This document shows positions 11,103 to 22,669 of a stretch of DNA of 64,000 bases, piece after piece. The DNA is from Marinicella sp. (GTDB lineage: Bacteria; Pseudomonadota; Gammaproteobacteria; Xanthomonadales; Marinicellaceae). A program made the position numbers and the translations under genes. A model generated the notes under the pieces. That model was given only the letters and a program-made list of their open reading frames with translations, did no database searches and had not been told where the DNA came from. The stretch covers positions 3,808,001 to 3,872,000 of the forward strand of contig OZ246001.1 of NCBI GenBank assembly GCA_965230295.1, read 5' to 3'. Positions within the stretch are counted from its first letter, which is position 1. Every line of letters starts with the position of its first letter.

Positions 11103-11490
11103 ATGAAAGATATCTTAATTGATGCTAGGCCCGAAAAGGTATTTGATGCTATTACAACTTCTGAAAAAGCCATAATTTTTTCCGGCTAAAGAAATAGTTT
11201 CAGATTGGAAAGTTTGATGAGTTATTTAGTTTAAAGGGTATGCAAATGGTCGCCCTTTTACTAATTATGGGGTAATAACTGAATTCACAAGACCTCGTCA
11301 ACTTACTTACCAATATAGGAACAATAGTCAGAATCCTTGAGAACCACATTCATATCAGCTACTGTTTAACACGAGCTGATAATCAAACTAAACTGCAAGA
11401 AGTTCAAAGAAATATTAGTTCACAAGATCTATTTAAGGCAATAGATAGTCTCGTTTGAGTCAATATTTTTCATGATCTTAATAAATATAG
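11103..11490 (+). pseudogene. Degraded SRPBCC/AHSA1-domain gene
   Basis: Fragments ILIDARPEKVFDAIT, IVSDWKV and FKG...YGVITEFTRPRQLTYQY, interrupted by stops and frameshifts. Confidence 0.6.
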
Positions 11491-11502
11491 AGAGCAAATC
11501 CT

Positions 11503-11780
11503 GGAGATTTTTCAGGTAGTTCAGTCAGCTCACGGCCGAAGATGTTAATGTTGACGGAGTTGATGATTTCATTATTGGGGCATATGGTACAGTTTAAAAT
11601 ACAGGTAAAAGTTATGTGATATTTGGCAGTTCTGGGAATTATCACAATCCGTTTAACCTATCCAGAATTGATGGTGAGAAGGCTGGTGGTCGTTCGGATG
11701 TTTCAGTCAGACAGTTCGCCGGCCATGTCATTGGTGCTGGCTTTGCTGGTTAGATTATTGGAGCTTATAAAGCAAACACG
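11503..11780 (+). pseudogene. Eroded internal FG-GAP remnant
   Basis: DNA such as gatgatttcattattggggcatatgg and acaggtaaaagttatgtgatatttggcagt matches the FG-GAP repeat; multiple frameshifts. Confidence 0.75.
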
Positions 11781-12801
11781 GATAATCATCTCAATTCCGA
11801 CAAAAGTTGTGTATGTGACCAGTCATACAAGTTTTTCACCATCTTATGTGGGGACTAAGGTTTTTGTAGAGTTTATTATCTGCAGACCTTTGCTTATATA
11901 CTTACACAAAGACCGTCCATTGCAAGTTGAATACCACTAAGATTCCGATCACAGCATAGCAAGATCGCCACATGCCACCTGCGAGTCATTTCGCAAGGTG
12001 GATCTCAAATTGCATAAAAGTCTGTTGAGAGGCTACAAAACGGCATTGGGTGAATGGGGTTTATTGCTGCAATAACCACACGCGAATCAGGGTGAGATCT
12101 GTTGCATAAGAATCCCTATGGAGACTTTCACAAATGGCTTTCTTTCCCTTTGCGAAAATTGGTGGTTTCGATTGCTGCGGACACATCCTTGCCCTAGCCT
12201 AAGTCCGGCAGACCAGGCTTGTCAGATCGAGATGAGAGCACATCACCACATGCCCAAAAACCTCAAATCATAACCTCCTAATTACTCATTAAATTCATTG
12301 TAACATTATTGATTTTTTGCATCAAATTTAGAACAGTGAAGCCTAAATTGTACTCTGTATTTTGGGCATGTGCTGTTAATGAATTAAGTATCCACCAGGC
12401 ACTCCAGGTAACCGCGCCTTTGGATGGAAAAATTGTTTCTCTCTCTAACACACGCTCAAACAATTTTTCATTTCAGGGACTTCTTGTTATCGTTCATGAA
12501 AACTTTTCGGCCGATTGCAAACAGCACTTTGCCTCCTTGGGCTTAGCCACATTAGCCACGCTCATCATCATGTACATGTATTTTACCATCGATGCCCACG
12601 CAGAGTATTTCTAATCCAATGGTTACTCGCAAAACAGCAAACAAGCCGACCAACATGGCATCAATGTGATTTGATTTAAAGATATAATAATTAATGTCTA
12701 CAGCATTCCGCAACATCATTGATAGTGATTGCAACAAAAACCATATTCATGCTTGCATGTTGAGAGTTAATCTACACAAGTGTCTAACTTGAGGCATGGC
12801 T

Positions 12802-13084
12802 ATGGAAATTAAGAGTAATAAATGTGGCATTATCATCGATACTGTTGAGCAATGATATGTCCATTGCACAATTCACCAAAGAACTCGATTTATCTGATTT
12901 AAATGGTCAAAATTGCTTGATCATTAATGGTGAAAACGCAGGCGATTATTCGGGCTATTCAGTCAGCTCAGAGGGTGATGTCAACGGCGATGGAGTTGGT
13001 GATTTGATCATCGAGGCATACGATGTTGGATTATATGCAAGTAAAAGCTATGTGACTTTTGAATGTAGGTTTGATTGTGATTAG
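12802..13084 (+). pseudogene. Internally deleted FG-GAP gene (one repeat plus tail)
   Basis: Frameshifted signal peptide, AQFTKELDLSDLNGQN, one repeat, tail FECRFDCD. Confidence 0.75.
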
Positions 13085-13153
13085 GTGATTGAGAGTTGGT
13101 TGTTTAATTGTTTTTTTTAACGACCATAAAAAATAATAGAGGTAGACTTAAAT

Positions 13154-14269
13154 ATGAAAATTAGACTTTATAAGCCCTTGATTTTGATTTTATTTTCTTA
13201 CTGTACATATGCAGAACGAATTACAACGCTCATTCCACAAAAATTGCACCCATTGGATGAAACATTAATCGCTGTCATTGATATTCCTGAATTTGCCACC
13301 ACCGAACAGACAGTTCCTGCCTGTTTGATCGTTCATGGTTCTGGCGGATTATTTTCTGCGGGTGAGGTGGGTGAAGATTGCGATACAAGTGTAGATAATA
13401 TAGATAGTCGCTATGAAGATCTTATGGATCTTCTGGCCGGTGTTCATGTGGCCACGTTAGCCCCCTCCAGTTTTGTTTCAAGAGACCCCAGATTTTGCGA
13501 AGACAATGATGAAGATTATTTTCAGTTTGTGGCCCCTCCATTTCACCATCCGAATGACGGGGTTCCCCCCCAGCGAGATAATTATTATGAAATGCGAAGA
13601 ATAGTGATCAGAACATTAGATATGTTTGCCGGATACAGTTTCTTGTGCTCTTTAGAAAATATTGATTGTTCCAACACATGTATGGTCGGAACATCTAATG
13701 GTGCAAGCACCATCTTCAGTTACATAGGGAATGATATTGGGCGGCACATCAAAGAGTATACTGACATAACTCAACAGAGAGAACATGAAACTCAATCTAA
13801 TTTTGAAGATAGGATAACCGCTTTTCAGAATTTTCCTAATTTGCCAGAAAACATTGATGATTGGCTTAATCATAAAATTGAACCAAAATTTGCGAACGCC
13901 ATTTCTCCTGGGTGTTTTCTACGGAAATTGATTCCAACCATCACTGCCGGTGACAGTGATTTTGATGCAAAAAAACATATGACAGATCTTTATTACCCAT
14001 CCGGTCAAACCAATTTATACCTCGAAATTGGCACTGAGGACGGTATACCGGACAATTGTTACGATGGAGGAATCAGACAAATTCAAGCAAGTGACTATGA
14101 ATTTCTTAACTCAATTCCATTGGAAGATTCCAAGTACATCATCTCCACGTATGAAAATGCTCCGCATAATTTATTGAGAGAAGAAAAGGCAGGGCAATTG
14201 ATCCGTGACAAGATTAAAAAATCAGCCATTGACTATTTCTATTTAATTTTTCGTAATACATTCGAATGA
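13154..14269 (+). CDS. Secreted alpha/beta hydrolase (dienelactone-hydrolase-like fold)
   Basis: Signal peptide, HGSGG oxyanion motif, GTSNG nucleophile elbow, GTED and YENAPH acid/His motifs; tail YLIFRNTFE. Confidence 0.75.
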   Translation: MKIRLYKPLILILFSYCTYAERITTLIPQKLHPLDETLIAVIDIPEFATTEQTVPACLIVHGSGGLFSAGEVGEDCDTSVDNIDSRYEDLMDLLAGVHVATLAPSSFVSRDPRFCEDNDEDYFQFVAPPFHHPNDGVPPQRDNYYEMRRIVIRTLDMFAGYSFLCSLENIDCSNTCMVGTSNGASTIFSYIGNDIGRHIKEYTDITQQREHETQSNFEDRITAFQNFPNLPENIDDWLNHKIEPKFANAISPGCFLRKLIPTITAGDSDFDAKKHMTDLYYPSGQTNLYLEIGTEDGIPDNCYDGGIRQIQASDYEFLNSIPLEDSKYIISTYENAPHNLLREEKAGQLIRDKIKKSAIDYFYLIFRNTFE

Positions 14270-14532
14270 TTTTCATGGTCATGGTTATTTCAACCTTGTT
14301 TTTAAAAATAGGACAGGTAATCTTGTTTATTAAAAATAAATAATTAACTTCAACTTCTTGCGTTCCAAGGGCTTCAGAACACCGGCAATCCCTAGAGGGA
14401 TGTCTGATCATAAAAACCATAACTTAAGTAATAAAAATTTTCAGTACTGAACTGCACAACATTTTGGGAGTTACCTGGTCAATCATCATAAAGACATCCT
14501 AACATATAAAAAATTTAAATAAGCAGGTCATT

Positions 14533-14559
14533 TGCAACAAAGCTTATATTCAACACAAC
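14533..14559 (+). promoter_or_regulatory. Putative operator, degenerate (TGCAAC-N15-CACAAC)
   Basis: 21-bp spacing, about 120 bp upstream of an FG-GAP gene. Confidence 0.4.
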
Positions 14560-14678
14560 AAAATTAATAACCTCTCCGGAACGTCCTAAATAAAATTTAC
14601 TTGCGAGCAATTTATTTTTTTGCTTTTTCAAGAATTTAAATTAGTCTTTCAGTAACAAAACAAAATTAGGGGTAAAAT

Positions 14679-16268
14679 ATGAAAACGATTAAAATTGGCA
14701 TATGGATTGTTTATGCCTTGTTGATTCAAGGAACAAAAGCTTTTGCTGGATTTGGTGCGGAGTTTAACCTAGCTGATGTAAATGGAAATAATGGTCTGAC
14801 AATTCACGGAGAGCACGCCGATGATCGTTCTGGTGTTTCGGTTAACAGTGCAGGTGATGTTAATGGAGACGGAATTTCTGACATCATCATCGGTGCTCCA
14901 AACGCAGGTCGCAGCTATGTGGTATTTGGCAGTGATCATGGATTTTCTGACCCATTTTCTCACCCTTTGTATTTGGCAAGTTTGAATGGGACAAACGGCT
15001 TCATTATCAATGCCGCAGAAAACAATGATGGTTCGGGCCAGTCTGTTGCCTCCGCTGGCGATTTTAATAAAGATGGCATTACAGATTTACTCATAGGGGC
15101 ACCAAGGGCATTATCAAGTAACGCCGGAGCCGCTTATGTCATATTTGGCAATAGAGAAGAAGATTTCGCAAACCCATTCGAATTGTCTGATGTGGATGCT
15201 GATAACGGATTGGTTATCCATGGTCATGATTTCGCTGAGCAATTGGGGTTTTCTGTTAGTTCAGCTGGTGATATCAATGGTGATGATATAGATGACATCA
15301 TCATTGGCGCACACAGAGGCACTAGTAATGGCTTTGTCGATAATGGTACAATTTATGTGGTATTTGGCAATGAAGCAGGACTTTCAAGCCCATTTAATGT
15401 GAGTTCTATTGATGGAATCAATGGCTTCAAAATCAATGGCCTTCAAGAACATTCTGCACGGTCCGGGGCTTCTGTTGACAAAGCTGGTGATGTCAATGGT
15501 GACGGTATTTCAGATCTTCTGATTGGCGTGCCTGACGCCACATCTAATGGCATGGAAGACTCAGGCATGGCATTTATAATTTTTGGAACAATCAATGGAT
15601 TTCCCAACCCCATTAACCTTTCAAGTGTAGATGGAGTGAATGGTATTCAAATCAATGCTGAACACCCTAGAGGCCTACTAGGTCGGTCTGTCAGTTCACT
15701 TGGTGATGTTAATGGTGATGGCACAGACGACATCATCCTTGGAGCACCAACACCTGCAACTGATAGTACCGGTGAAGGGGTTGCGTATGTCATCTTTGGT
15801 AGTGATGATCAATTGGCACATCCATTTAATGTATCAACCATCAATGGGTTGAATGGATTCAAAATCACAAGCAACACACTCCATTCCAAACTTGCTAGTT
15901 CAGTAAGTGGAGCTGGCGATATCAATGGTGATGGATTAACAGATATCATAATAGGTGAACCTGAATCTCACCCAGATGGCGTTTTTGAGGCAGGAAGAGG
16001 TCATGTGATATTTGGTAGGAATCAGCGCTTCTCTAATCCTTATAACATTGATAATGTTAATGGTACAACAGGGTATGTCATTAATGGCATAAATGAACTT
16101 GACTTATCAGGAGTCTCTATCAATGAAGCGGGAGATTTTAACCACGATGGCTATGGTGATATCGTTATTGGAGCAAGTGGTGCTGATCCATTTGCTGCTC
16201 CTGACGCTGGCAGCAGTTATGTGATATTTGGGAAAGAACAACCCATTTTTGCTGATGGGTTTGATTGA
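14679..16268 (+). CDS. Secreted FG-GAP propeller protein, 7 repeats (divergent subfamily)
   Basis: Signal ending AFA; 7 repeats; tail QPIFADGFD. Confidence 0.93.
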   Translation: MKTIKIGIWIVYALLIQGTKAFAGFGAEFNLADVNGNNGLTIHGEHADDRSGVSVNSAGDVNGDGISDIIIGAPNAGRSYVVFGSDHGFSDPFSHPLYLASLNGTNGFIINAAENNDGSGQSVASAGDFNKDGITDLLIGAPRALSSNAGAAYVIFGNREEDFANPFELSDVDADNGLVIHGHDFAEQLGFSVSSAGDINGDDIDDIIIGAHRGTSNGFVDNGTIYVVFGNEAGLSSPFNVSSIDGINGFKINGLQEHSARSGASVDKAGDVNGDGISDLLIGVPDATSNGMEDSGMAFIIFGTINGFPNPINLSSVDGVNGIQINAEHPRGLLGRSVSSLGDVNGDGTDDIILGAPTPATDSTGEGVAYVIFGSDDQLAHPFNVSTINGLNGFKITSNTLHSKLASSVSGAGDINGDGLTDIIIGEPESHPDGVFEAGRGHVIFGRNQRFSNPYNIDNVNGTTGYVINGINELDLSGVSINEAGDFNHDGYGDIVIGASGADPFAAPDAGSSYVIFGKEQPIFADGFD

Positions 16269-16293
16269 CCATTAAATATTAAACAGCCAGTTT

Positions 16294-16360
16294 GTGCTCT
16301 GAAAACTTAACTTTTCCCCTTTCGAAGCTGGTTAATAGGTAATAGGTAGGAGCACTTTTT
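16294..16360 (+). repeat. 3' hairpin element (GTGC...C/U-rich loop...GCAC-TTTT)
   Basis: gtgctct/ggagcac stem enclosing ttttcccctttc; related copies at 28468, 29723, 41287, 43363. Confidence 0.5.
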
Positions 16361-16788
16361 ATAATTCCAAGCAAAAGAACAATCATAGCAAATCAGCATG
16401 AATGTTTCTGAATATTTAATCATCAATATCAATAGAAATACACATAAAGCTCATAATTTGAATGATGGGATGGTTGCAAGACCAAGGTGCGAGAGCTTTT
16501 TTGAATTCAAAAGAGGGGGGAGAAACTTAAAAGAAGAAATAAATATAGCAGGTACTGTTTCTGGGTAGGTTACAAGTTTTTAAATGAGTTCTGACATTTC
16601 CGATATTAGTCGTACCTGAGTCTGGCACATTGTTTAGAAAAGTAAGGGTTATCGGTTTTATTAAAGATGCATTTTATTGATTTAAACAGTAGAGATAACC
16701 CTTATTAACAAATCATAATCCAAAAAAATCAAACTGTAGCAAACTCAGCCTTGTCTGGCTCCTTTCTAAGCATTAAGGACAATACAAT

Positions 16789-18009
16789 CTAAAGATTGTC
16801 TTCATACATCTCTGCAATGTCTCCAATAGAGTAGGTTCCAAATGGTGAGCTTGCATCAGCAGCGCTGGTTTTTCCAGTCACATAGGATACAGAGATCAAT
16901 CCATTTTCCTCCTCGCTTGTCGTAGCAACATAATAATCAATCTGGTAATAAACAACTTGGCCCAACACATTAGTTACATTGATCCACGGGCTTGCCAAAT
17001 GAATTTTTTTCACATCATACCCTTCCTTCTCCAGATATACTTTCATTTGCTCTTCTAAGTGTTTGGGGTTAGAAACTTTATTCCCTCCAGTATATCTGGG
17101 AGGAAATCTATACTCTGTTCTGGCTTGCAAAATTTCTTCTTCTCTTTTGTTTTTTATGTCATCAACTTCATCCAACAGCTTTTCGACTTTTTCTTTAGTT
17201 CTCATATCTAGTTCTAAACGAATTAATTGATTAAGCATACTTTTTGTATCATTAATAAGGTCAGCCAGGTTTTTACCTTTTTGATATTTTGTTATCAGCA
17301 TATTTGTCTTTACACTTCCAATTACACTGTTAATAAAATTCACCTTTAATTCCATACTTTCTTCCATAGCAAACTTCATTTCTGTTACTTTCGGTGAGGT
17401 CGCATTATGTACATAACCTATATCCAACTCAGAAGAAAGTTTCAGTCTTTGCAAAGGCTCCCAAAGACCACTTCCGGATATTTCTTCTTTAGCTGCTTTC
17501 AAGGCTTCTTGATAATAAAAGCTAAAATCATTGCTGTATTTTTCATCAAACTCCGGAATTACTTTTTCTGCTAACAATTTACCTGTACCTTCAAAATCAT
17601 TAATGGCATCTACACCATTCATTACTTGACTGATGATTTCAGCTCCTGACCCACTGAAGCTTAATCTTTCAATCACATCGTCATATTTATTGAATATCTC
17701 CATAAACTGTTCTTCGTATGCATTATAAATAGCGACATCCTGGCGAATTTTATCCAAAGCAAGTACCATTGGTAGCTTCTCCTTATCAACAGAAAGAATG
17801 GGCAAATCCACTTCAAGGTTAGAAACAGATATCTGGTATGGAGAAAGTACTTTTGCTGCTGAATTCTGACTATCCTTGTGATTGACTTCCGGAGGTATTG
17901 AATCGGATCCGCACCCAGTTAAAATAAGTGTGAAAATGATTAAATTAAATGAATTAAACTGTTTTTTTGTTGATAATATTTTTGAAAGCATAAGTTTCCT
18001 TCCTGACAA
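16789..18009 (-). CDS. Hypothetical lipoprotein
   Basis: 406-aa ORF; hydrophobic stretch and lipobox LTG-C; helical body; lacks the FxxGFD tail. Confidence 0.75.
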   Translation of the reverse strand: MSGRKLMLSKILSTKKQFNSFNLIIFTLILTGCGSDSIPPEVNHKDSQNSAAKVLSPYQISVSNLEVDLPILSVDKEKLPMVLALDKIRQDVAIYNAYEEQFMEIFNKYDDVIERLSFSGSGAEIISQVMNGVDAINDFEGTGKLLAEKVIPEFDEKYSNDFSFYYQEALKAAKEEISGSGLWEPLQRLKLSSELDIGYVHNATSPKVTEMKFAMEESMELKVNFINSVIGSVKTNMLITKYQKGKNLADLINDTKSMLNQLIRLELDMRTKEKVEKLLDEVDDIKNKREEEILQARTEYRFPPRYTGGNKVSNPKHLEEQMKVYLEKEGYDVKKIHLASPWINVTNVLGQVVYYQIDYYVATTSEEENGLISVSYVTGKTSAADASSPFGTYSIGDIAEMYEDNL

Positions 18010-18666
18010 TGTAAAAGTAATAATTATTAGTCTGGAAATTTGAGATTGTTTAATTCTAGACTTTTAATATTAAGTGATCGAAGTTTAATTCTGAATGCAA
18101 AATATGCATTAGCTAATTTATTGCAAATTCTTTCATTATTGTTGCGTATATTGTCACAAGGCTCTTTCAGAGGACGCAATATTGGTTTGACCTGCAACAT
18201 CTTCCTGATACATATAAGGTTTACCTTATTTAGCATCTGCATAGGATCAATATTCTCGCAAGGTTATATACTGGTTAAATGATAATTTAGGCCCGTCACC
18301 CAACTCAAAAACTACCTAGCATCAAAGTTTATATCAATCACAACATTCCTGATAACTCAGGAATGTCACGCCGTAATACCATTGCAGTTAATAAATTTAC
18401 GAGCGCCTTCTAATAGGGAAGACGTAATTGATGCATTCAAAAAGTAAAGCGGATGCTTTTAAAGTATTGTTGTTTTTCAACTGTCAGAATGACAGAGTTT
18501 AATGTGAAATTTGACTTGACTATAAAAGAACTCAATGATTCAGAGCTTAACATGAATGGACAAACACTCATTTATCAGTTAGCGCTGTCAGTGGTGTCGC
18601 TGATGTGAATGGCAATGACGACCTCATTGGATTGTATACGCATTAATCTAATAAATAAGGTTTTTT

Positions 18667-20254
18667 ATGAAAGTAAGAAAAAAAGTAAGAATAGTTTTAA
18701 TATCGGTAGTATTGTGGTATCAAGGAGCCCTTGCGCAATTACCAAACGAACTCGATTTATCTACATTGAATCATCAAAATGGCATAGGTATCAATGGCGA
18801 GAATACTGGTGATAATTCAGGTATATCAGTCAGTTCAGCAGGTGATTTCAATAATGATGGGATTGATGATTTGATTATTGGCGCATACCGTGCCTCGAGT
18901 CGGAATGGTGATGAAACTGGGAAGAGTTATTTGGTTTTTGTCAATCGGCGCTATTTACCCAACTCGTTAGATCTGTCCACCCTCGATGGCGAAAATGGTA
19001 TTATTTTCATTGGCGGAAATGCAGGTGATGAATCGGGTCGTTCAGTCAGTTCAGCAGGCGATGTCAATGGGGATGGAGTTGATGATTTGATTATTGGGGC
19101 CTCTGGTGCAGATACGTATGTAAAGTCAAATGTTGGTAAAAGTTATGTGATCTTTGGTAGTGAAACTAGTTTACAAAACCCGTTTGATCTGTCCACACTC
19201 GACGGCAAAAATGGTTTCATTATCATTGGCGAAAGTGAAAATGATTATTCAAGGCTATTCTGTCAACTCAGCAGGAGATGTTAATGGCGACAGTATTGAT
19301 GATTTAATCATTGGGGCTTATGGAGCAGAGTCAAATGCTGGTAAAAGTTATGTAATCTATGGTAGTAGAGTCAATTTACCTACTTCATTAAACCTGTCTG
19401 ATCTCGATAGTGAAAATGGTTTTATTATCAATGGCGAAAGTGCAAATGATATTTCGGGAGTTTCTGTCAGTTCGGCCGGTGATGTCAATGGTGATGGAAT
19501 TTATGATTTGATTATTGGGGCCTCTGGTGCAGACTGGGATGCAGGCTCAGATTCTGGTAAAAGTTATGTGATCTTTGGTAGTGACGATGAGAATGGTTTA
19601 CCAATACCTAATCCTTTAAATCTGTCCACACTCGATGCTAGAAATGGTTTCGTTATCAATGGCGAAAATGCGGGTGATTTCTCGGGCCATTCAGTCAGCT
19701 CAGCTGGTGATGTCAATGGGGATGGGATTGATGATTTAATAATAGGAGCACCTTCTGCAGAATCAAGCACGGGTAAAAGTTATGTGGTGTTTGGTAGTAG
19801 GGTTTCTTCACACTATCCTTTAAATCTTTCTGATCTCAATGGTGAAAATGCGAATGATCTTTCGGGATTTTCAGTTAGTTCTGCCGGTGATTTAAATAAA
19901 GATGGGTTTAATGATATTATTATTGGAGCTTCTTTTGCAGACCCAGATGCACACTCGGATGCTGGTAAAACTTATGTGATCTTTGGCAAAAGCGGCCTTT
20001 TTTCCAGTCCATTGAACTTGACTGATCTCAATACCAACTTTCAAAATGGTGGTGTTGTCATCAATGGAGAGCACACATTTGATGAGTCGGGGTTCTCAGT
20101 CAGTTCAGCAGGTGATATCAATGGCGATGGAGTTGATGATTTAATCATTGGGGCTCCTGGTGGAGGTGTGAATGCTCATTCAAGTGCTGGTAAAAGCTAT
20201 GTCGTCTTTGGAATGGAAAACTCAGATGTTATTTTTGAAACGGGGTTTGAGTGA
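18667..20254 (+). pseudogene. FG-GAP propeller gene (7 repeats) split by a +1 frameshift
   Basis: Extra A at about 19251 (gattattcAaggctattct versus expected tat tca ggc tat) joins ORFs 18667-19284 and 19154-20254; tail SDVIFETGFE; could be a sequencing error. Confidence 0.8.
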
Positions 20255-20578
20255 GTTTGGACATATGAGCGTAGCGTTGATTAAATGAATTTTAACTGTG
20301 ATAGATGTTGTGGATAGCTTGTCGGGAAAATCGATATTTCAAAAGCTTAATTGTTTAATGGTCTTTTTTAAATTACAAAACACATGGTTTAAGCTATTGA
20401 TTGTAAGGAAAATTATTCTTATTCTTTTATTCTTTTAATGTTTTATTTTGATAGCCGAATAGGGTCGGCACAGTGTTTTGGTTAAAACAATAAAAGAAAT
20501 GATAATCCAAAGTGTGGCACTGATGTTTTTTGTGGTCGATCTGTAATTTGTTCCCCAAAATATAAACTGGAGATAATA

Positions 20579-22300
20579 ATGAAAAAAATATTCGCTCTAT
20601 ATTTTACATTGGTATTCGCTCAAGAATTATTGGCACAGTATTCACTGTTTGATGACTCTTATCTACATGAAATTAGAATCACTTCAACAGATCCGAATTT
20701 TTGGGAAATCTTGGAAAATGACTGGCAGCCAGTTGGTGACATTCCTTACCGATCAGCCACCGTTGAAATAGATGGTTTCAAATTGACAGAAGTGGGGGTG
20801 CGTCAAAAAGGTTTTTCTTCAAACTTCTTTGTAAATACCACCAAAAAACCATTGAAGCTTCATTTCAGCAAATTTGTTGATGATCGTGAATATGATGGAG
20901 TCAGAAAGTTGAATTTAATGAATGGAGTGGGTGATCCGGCTTTGCTCAAAGACAAAATGGCCTATGACATGTTCAGATATCACGGAATACCTGGGCCCAG
21001 AGTTGCTCATACCAAACTTTATATCAATGATGTCTTTTGGGGAGTATATGGCATGATTGAGCAAATTGACAAACGTTATTTAAAACGTAACTTTGCTGAC
21101 AATGACGGTAATTTGTGGAAAAACCAAGGAAATTCTGACCTCAGTTGGCATGGTTCTGACCCAACCAGCTACAGTTTTGAACTGCAGACTAATGTAGAGG
21201 GTAACGATTGGAGTAAATTTATAGAGTTTGTTGACTTCATTAACAATGCCACAGATATTGAATTTGAAAATAATTTTACCGATATTTTTCATTTGGATGA
21301 ATATTTAAGGATTGTGGCGATTGATATTCTAATAAATAACTGGGATTCCTATTTAGATCATGGTCGCAATTGGTACATGTACCATGAGCCTAGATCTGAC
21401 AAAATTCACTGGCTCCCTTGGGACTACAACTTTGCATTTGACCGTCTGGTGGATGGTTCCAATGACCTTGATTTAATACAGAATGACTTAGGTAAAATAC
21501 TCAATGTCAGAATTTTTAATACTCCTGAGTTTCGCACCCAAATAATGGGCTACATGTGTGAGTTATTGGATCATAATTTCACCAGTGATAGACTGACACC
21601 AATGATGGATACCCAATTGTCATTAATAGAAAATGACTGGAACTCCAACAATAATTTTTTCTCTATCCAAGACATAGAAGATTATATCAATGGCGCCACA
21701 TGGACAGGCAGTCAAATAGGTGGAACGTTTCAAGGCTTGAAAGAATTTATTTTAGATCGCAGGGGCAGTATTCAAGCTGATTTGAGTAATCAAAACCATG
21801 CTTGTAGCTCATTACCTGCTGCTGTTGGTTTTCAAGATTTGGTCATTAATGAATTTATGGCCGATAACGACGATGACAGCCCATGGATGGACCAAGATGG
21901 TGAGTTTGATGACTGGATTGAAATTTATAACAACACCAACCAAACGGTCAATTTAGACAACTATTTTCTCAGCGATACCAGCACTTTTGAACACAAATGG
22001 GAATTCCCTAACATTGATATTCCGGCCAATGGATACCTTATAGTTTGGGCCGATAAAGACGTCGATCAAACCGGCTTGCACACTCAGTTCAGTTTGGATA
22101 AAGATGGCGGTGAAATAATCTTATCTCATATAGATAATACAGTCGTCGACAGTGTTTCTTACGGTGAGCAATCAGGCAACATAAGTATGTCAAGAGTCCC
22201 AAATGGCATAGGTAATTTTATTAGTACAGAAACAGTTACACATGGGTCTGCCAATGTACCAATTGATGACTTAATCTTTACCAACAGTTTCGAAAGTTGA
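20579..22300 (+). CDS. Secreted CotH-family kinase with C-terminal lamin-tail domain
   Basis: VGVRQKG, NWDSY...NWYMY, PWDYNFAF (CotH); VINEFMADN...DWIEIYN (LTD); tail DDLIFTNSFES. Confidence 0.9.
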   Translation: MKKIFALYFTLVFAQELLAQYSLFDDSYLHEIRITSTDPNFWEILENDWQPVGDIPYRSATVEIDGFKLTEVGVRQKGFSSNFFVNTTKKPLKLHFSKFVDDREYDGVRKLNLMNGVGDPALLKDKMAYDMFRYHGIPGPRVAHTKLYINDVFWGVYGMIEQIDKRYLKRNFADNDGNLWKNQGNSDLSWHGSDPTSYSFELQTNVEGNDWSKFIEFVDFINNATDIEFENNFTDIFHLDEYLRIVAIDILINNWDSYLDHGRNWYMYHEPRSDKIHWLPWDYNFAFDRLVDGSNDLDLIQNDLGKILNVRIFNTPEFRTQIMGYMCELLDHNFTSDRLTPMMDTQLSLIENDWNSNNNFFSIQDIEDYINGATWTGSQIGGTFQGLKEFILDRRGSIQADLSNQNHACSSLPAAVGFQDLVINEFMADNDDDSPWMDQDGEFDDWIEIYNNTNQTVNLDNYFLSDTSTFEHKWEFPNIDIPANGYLIVWADKDVDQTGLHTQFSLDKDGGEIILSHIDNTVVDSVSYGEQSGNISMSRVPNGIGNFISTETVTHGSANVPIDDLIFTNSFES

Positions 22301-22424
22301 ATGAATTGATATTTTCAAAATTCATAAATTGTTACAAGACAATAGTGATTTTATTGATATTGACCAACGATTAGCACGTGAGGAAGAGTATGACGAGCAC
22401 ATGCTGAGTACTTAGGAATGCTTT

Positions 22425-22451
22425 GACAACAATTTTACCAATAGATGCATC
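22425..22451 (+). promoter_or_regulatory. Putative operator GACAAC-N15-TGCATC
   Basis: 21-bp spacing, upstream of an LRR gene. Confidence 0.45.
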
Positions 22452-22669
22452 AAATTTGATAACTACTTAATAACAACTTTACACAAAGATACGATGCAAC
22501 ACTTAATTTCTTGTCTAAATCTTATGACCAGAATTAGTTAACTCAAATATTTTAATAAATTAAACATAATGATTATCAATCATTTGATATGACTCAGTTT
22601 CCAAATTCAATAACAGATGGACGACATAAATAAAACTGATTCGCAATTAAATCAACAAGCTGAGGGTTT

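Noticed and set aside
11830-12740. Specific identities (HdeD-like, diiron-enzyme-like) for decayed minus-strand fragments
   Set aside because: Too eroded to support a call without a search.
12730-12760. Additional copy of the 21-bp operator upstream of the 12802 remnant
   Set aside because: The first half-site is perfect but there is no second half-site at +21; possibly decayed.
18343-18366. Perfect 10-bp inverted repeat acattcctga/tcaggaatgt
   Set aside because: Isolated single copy with no T-tract or context to assign a function.
20515-20532. Sigma-54 promoter (TGGCAC) upstream of cotH; similar hexamers at about 16623 and 27099
   Set aside because: The -12 TTGC element is missing at the required spacing.
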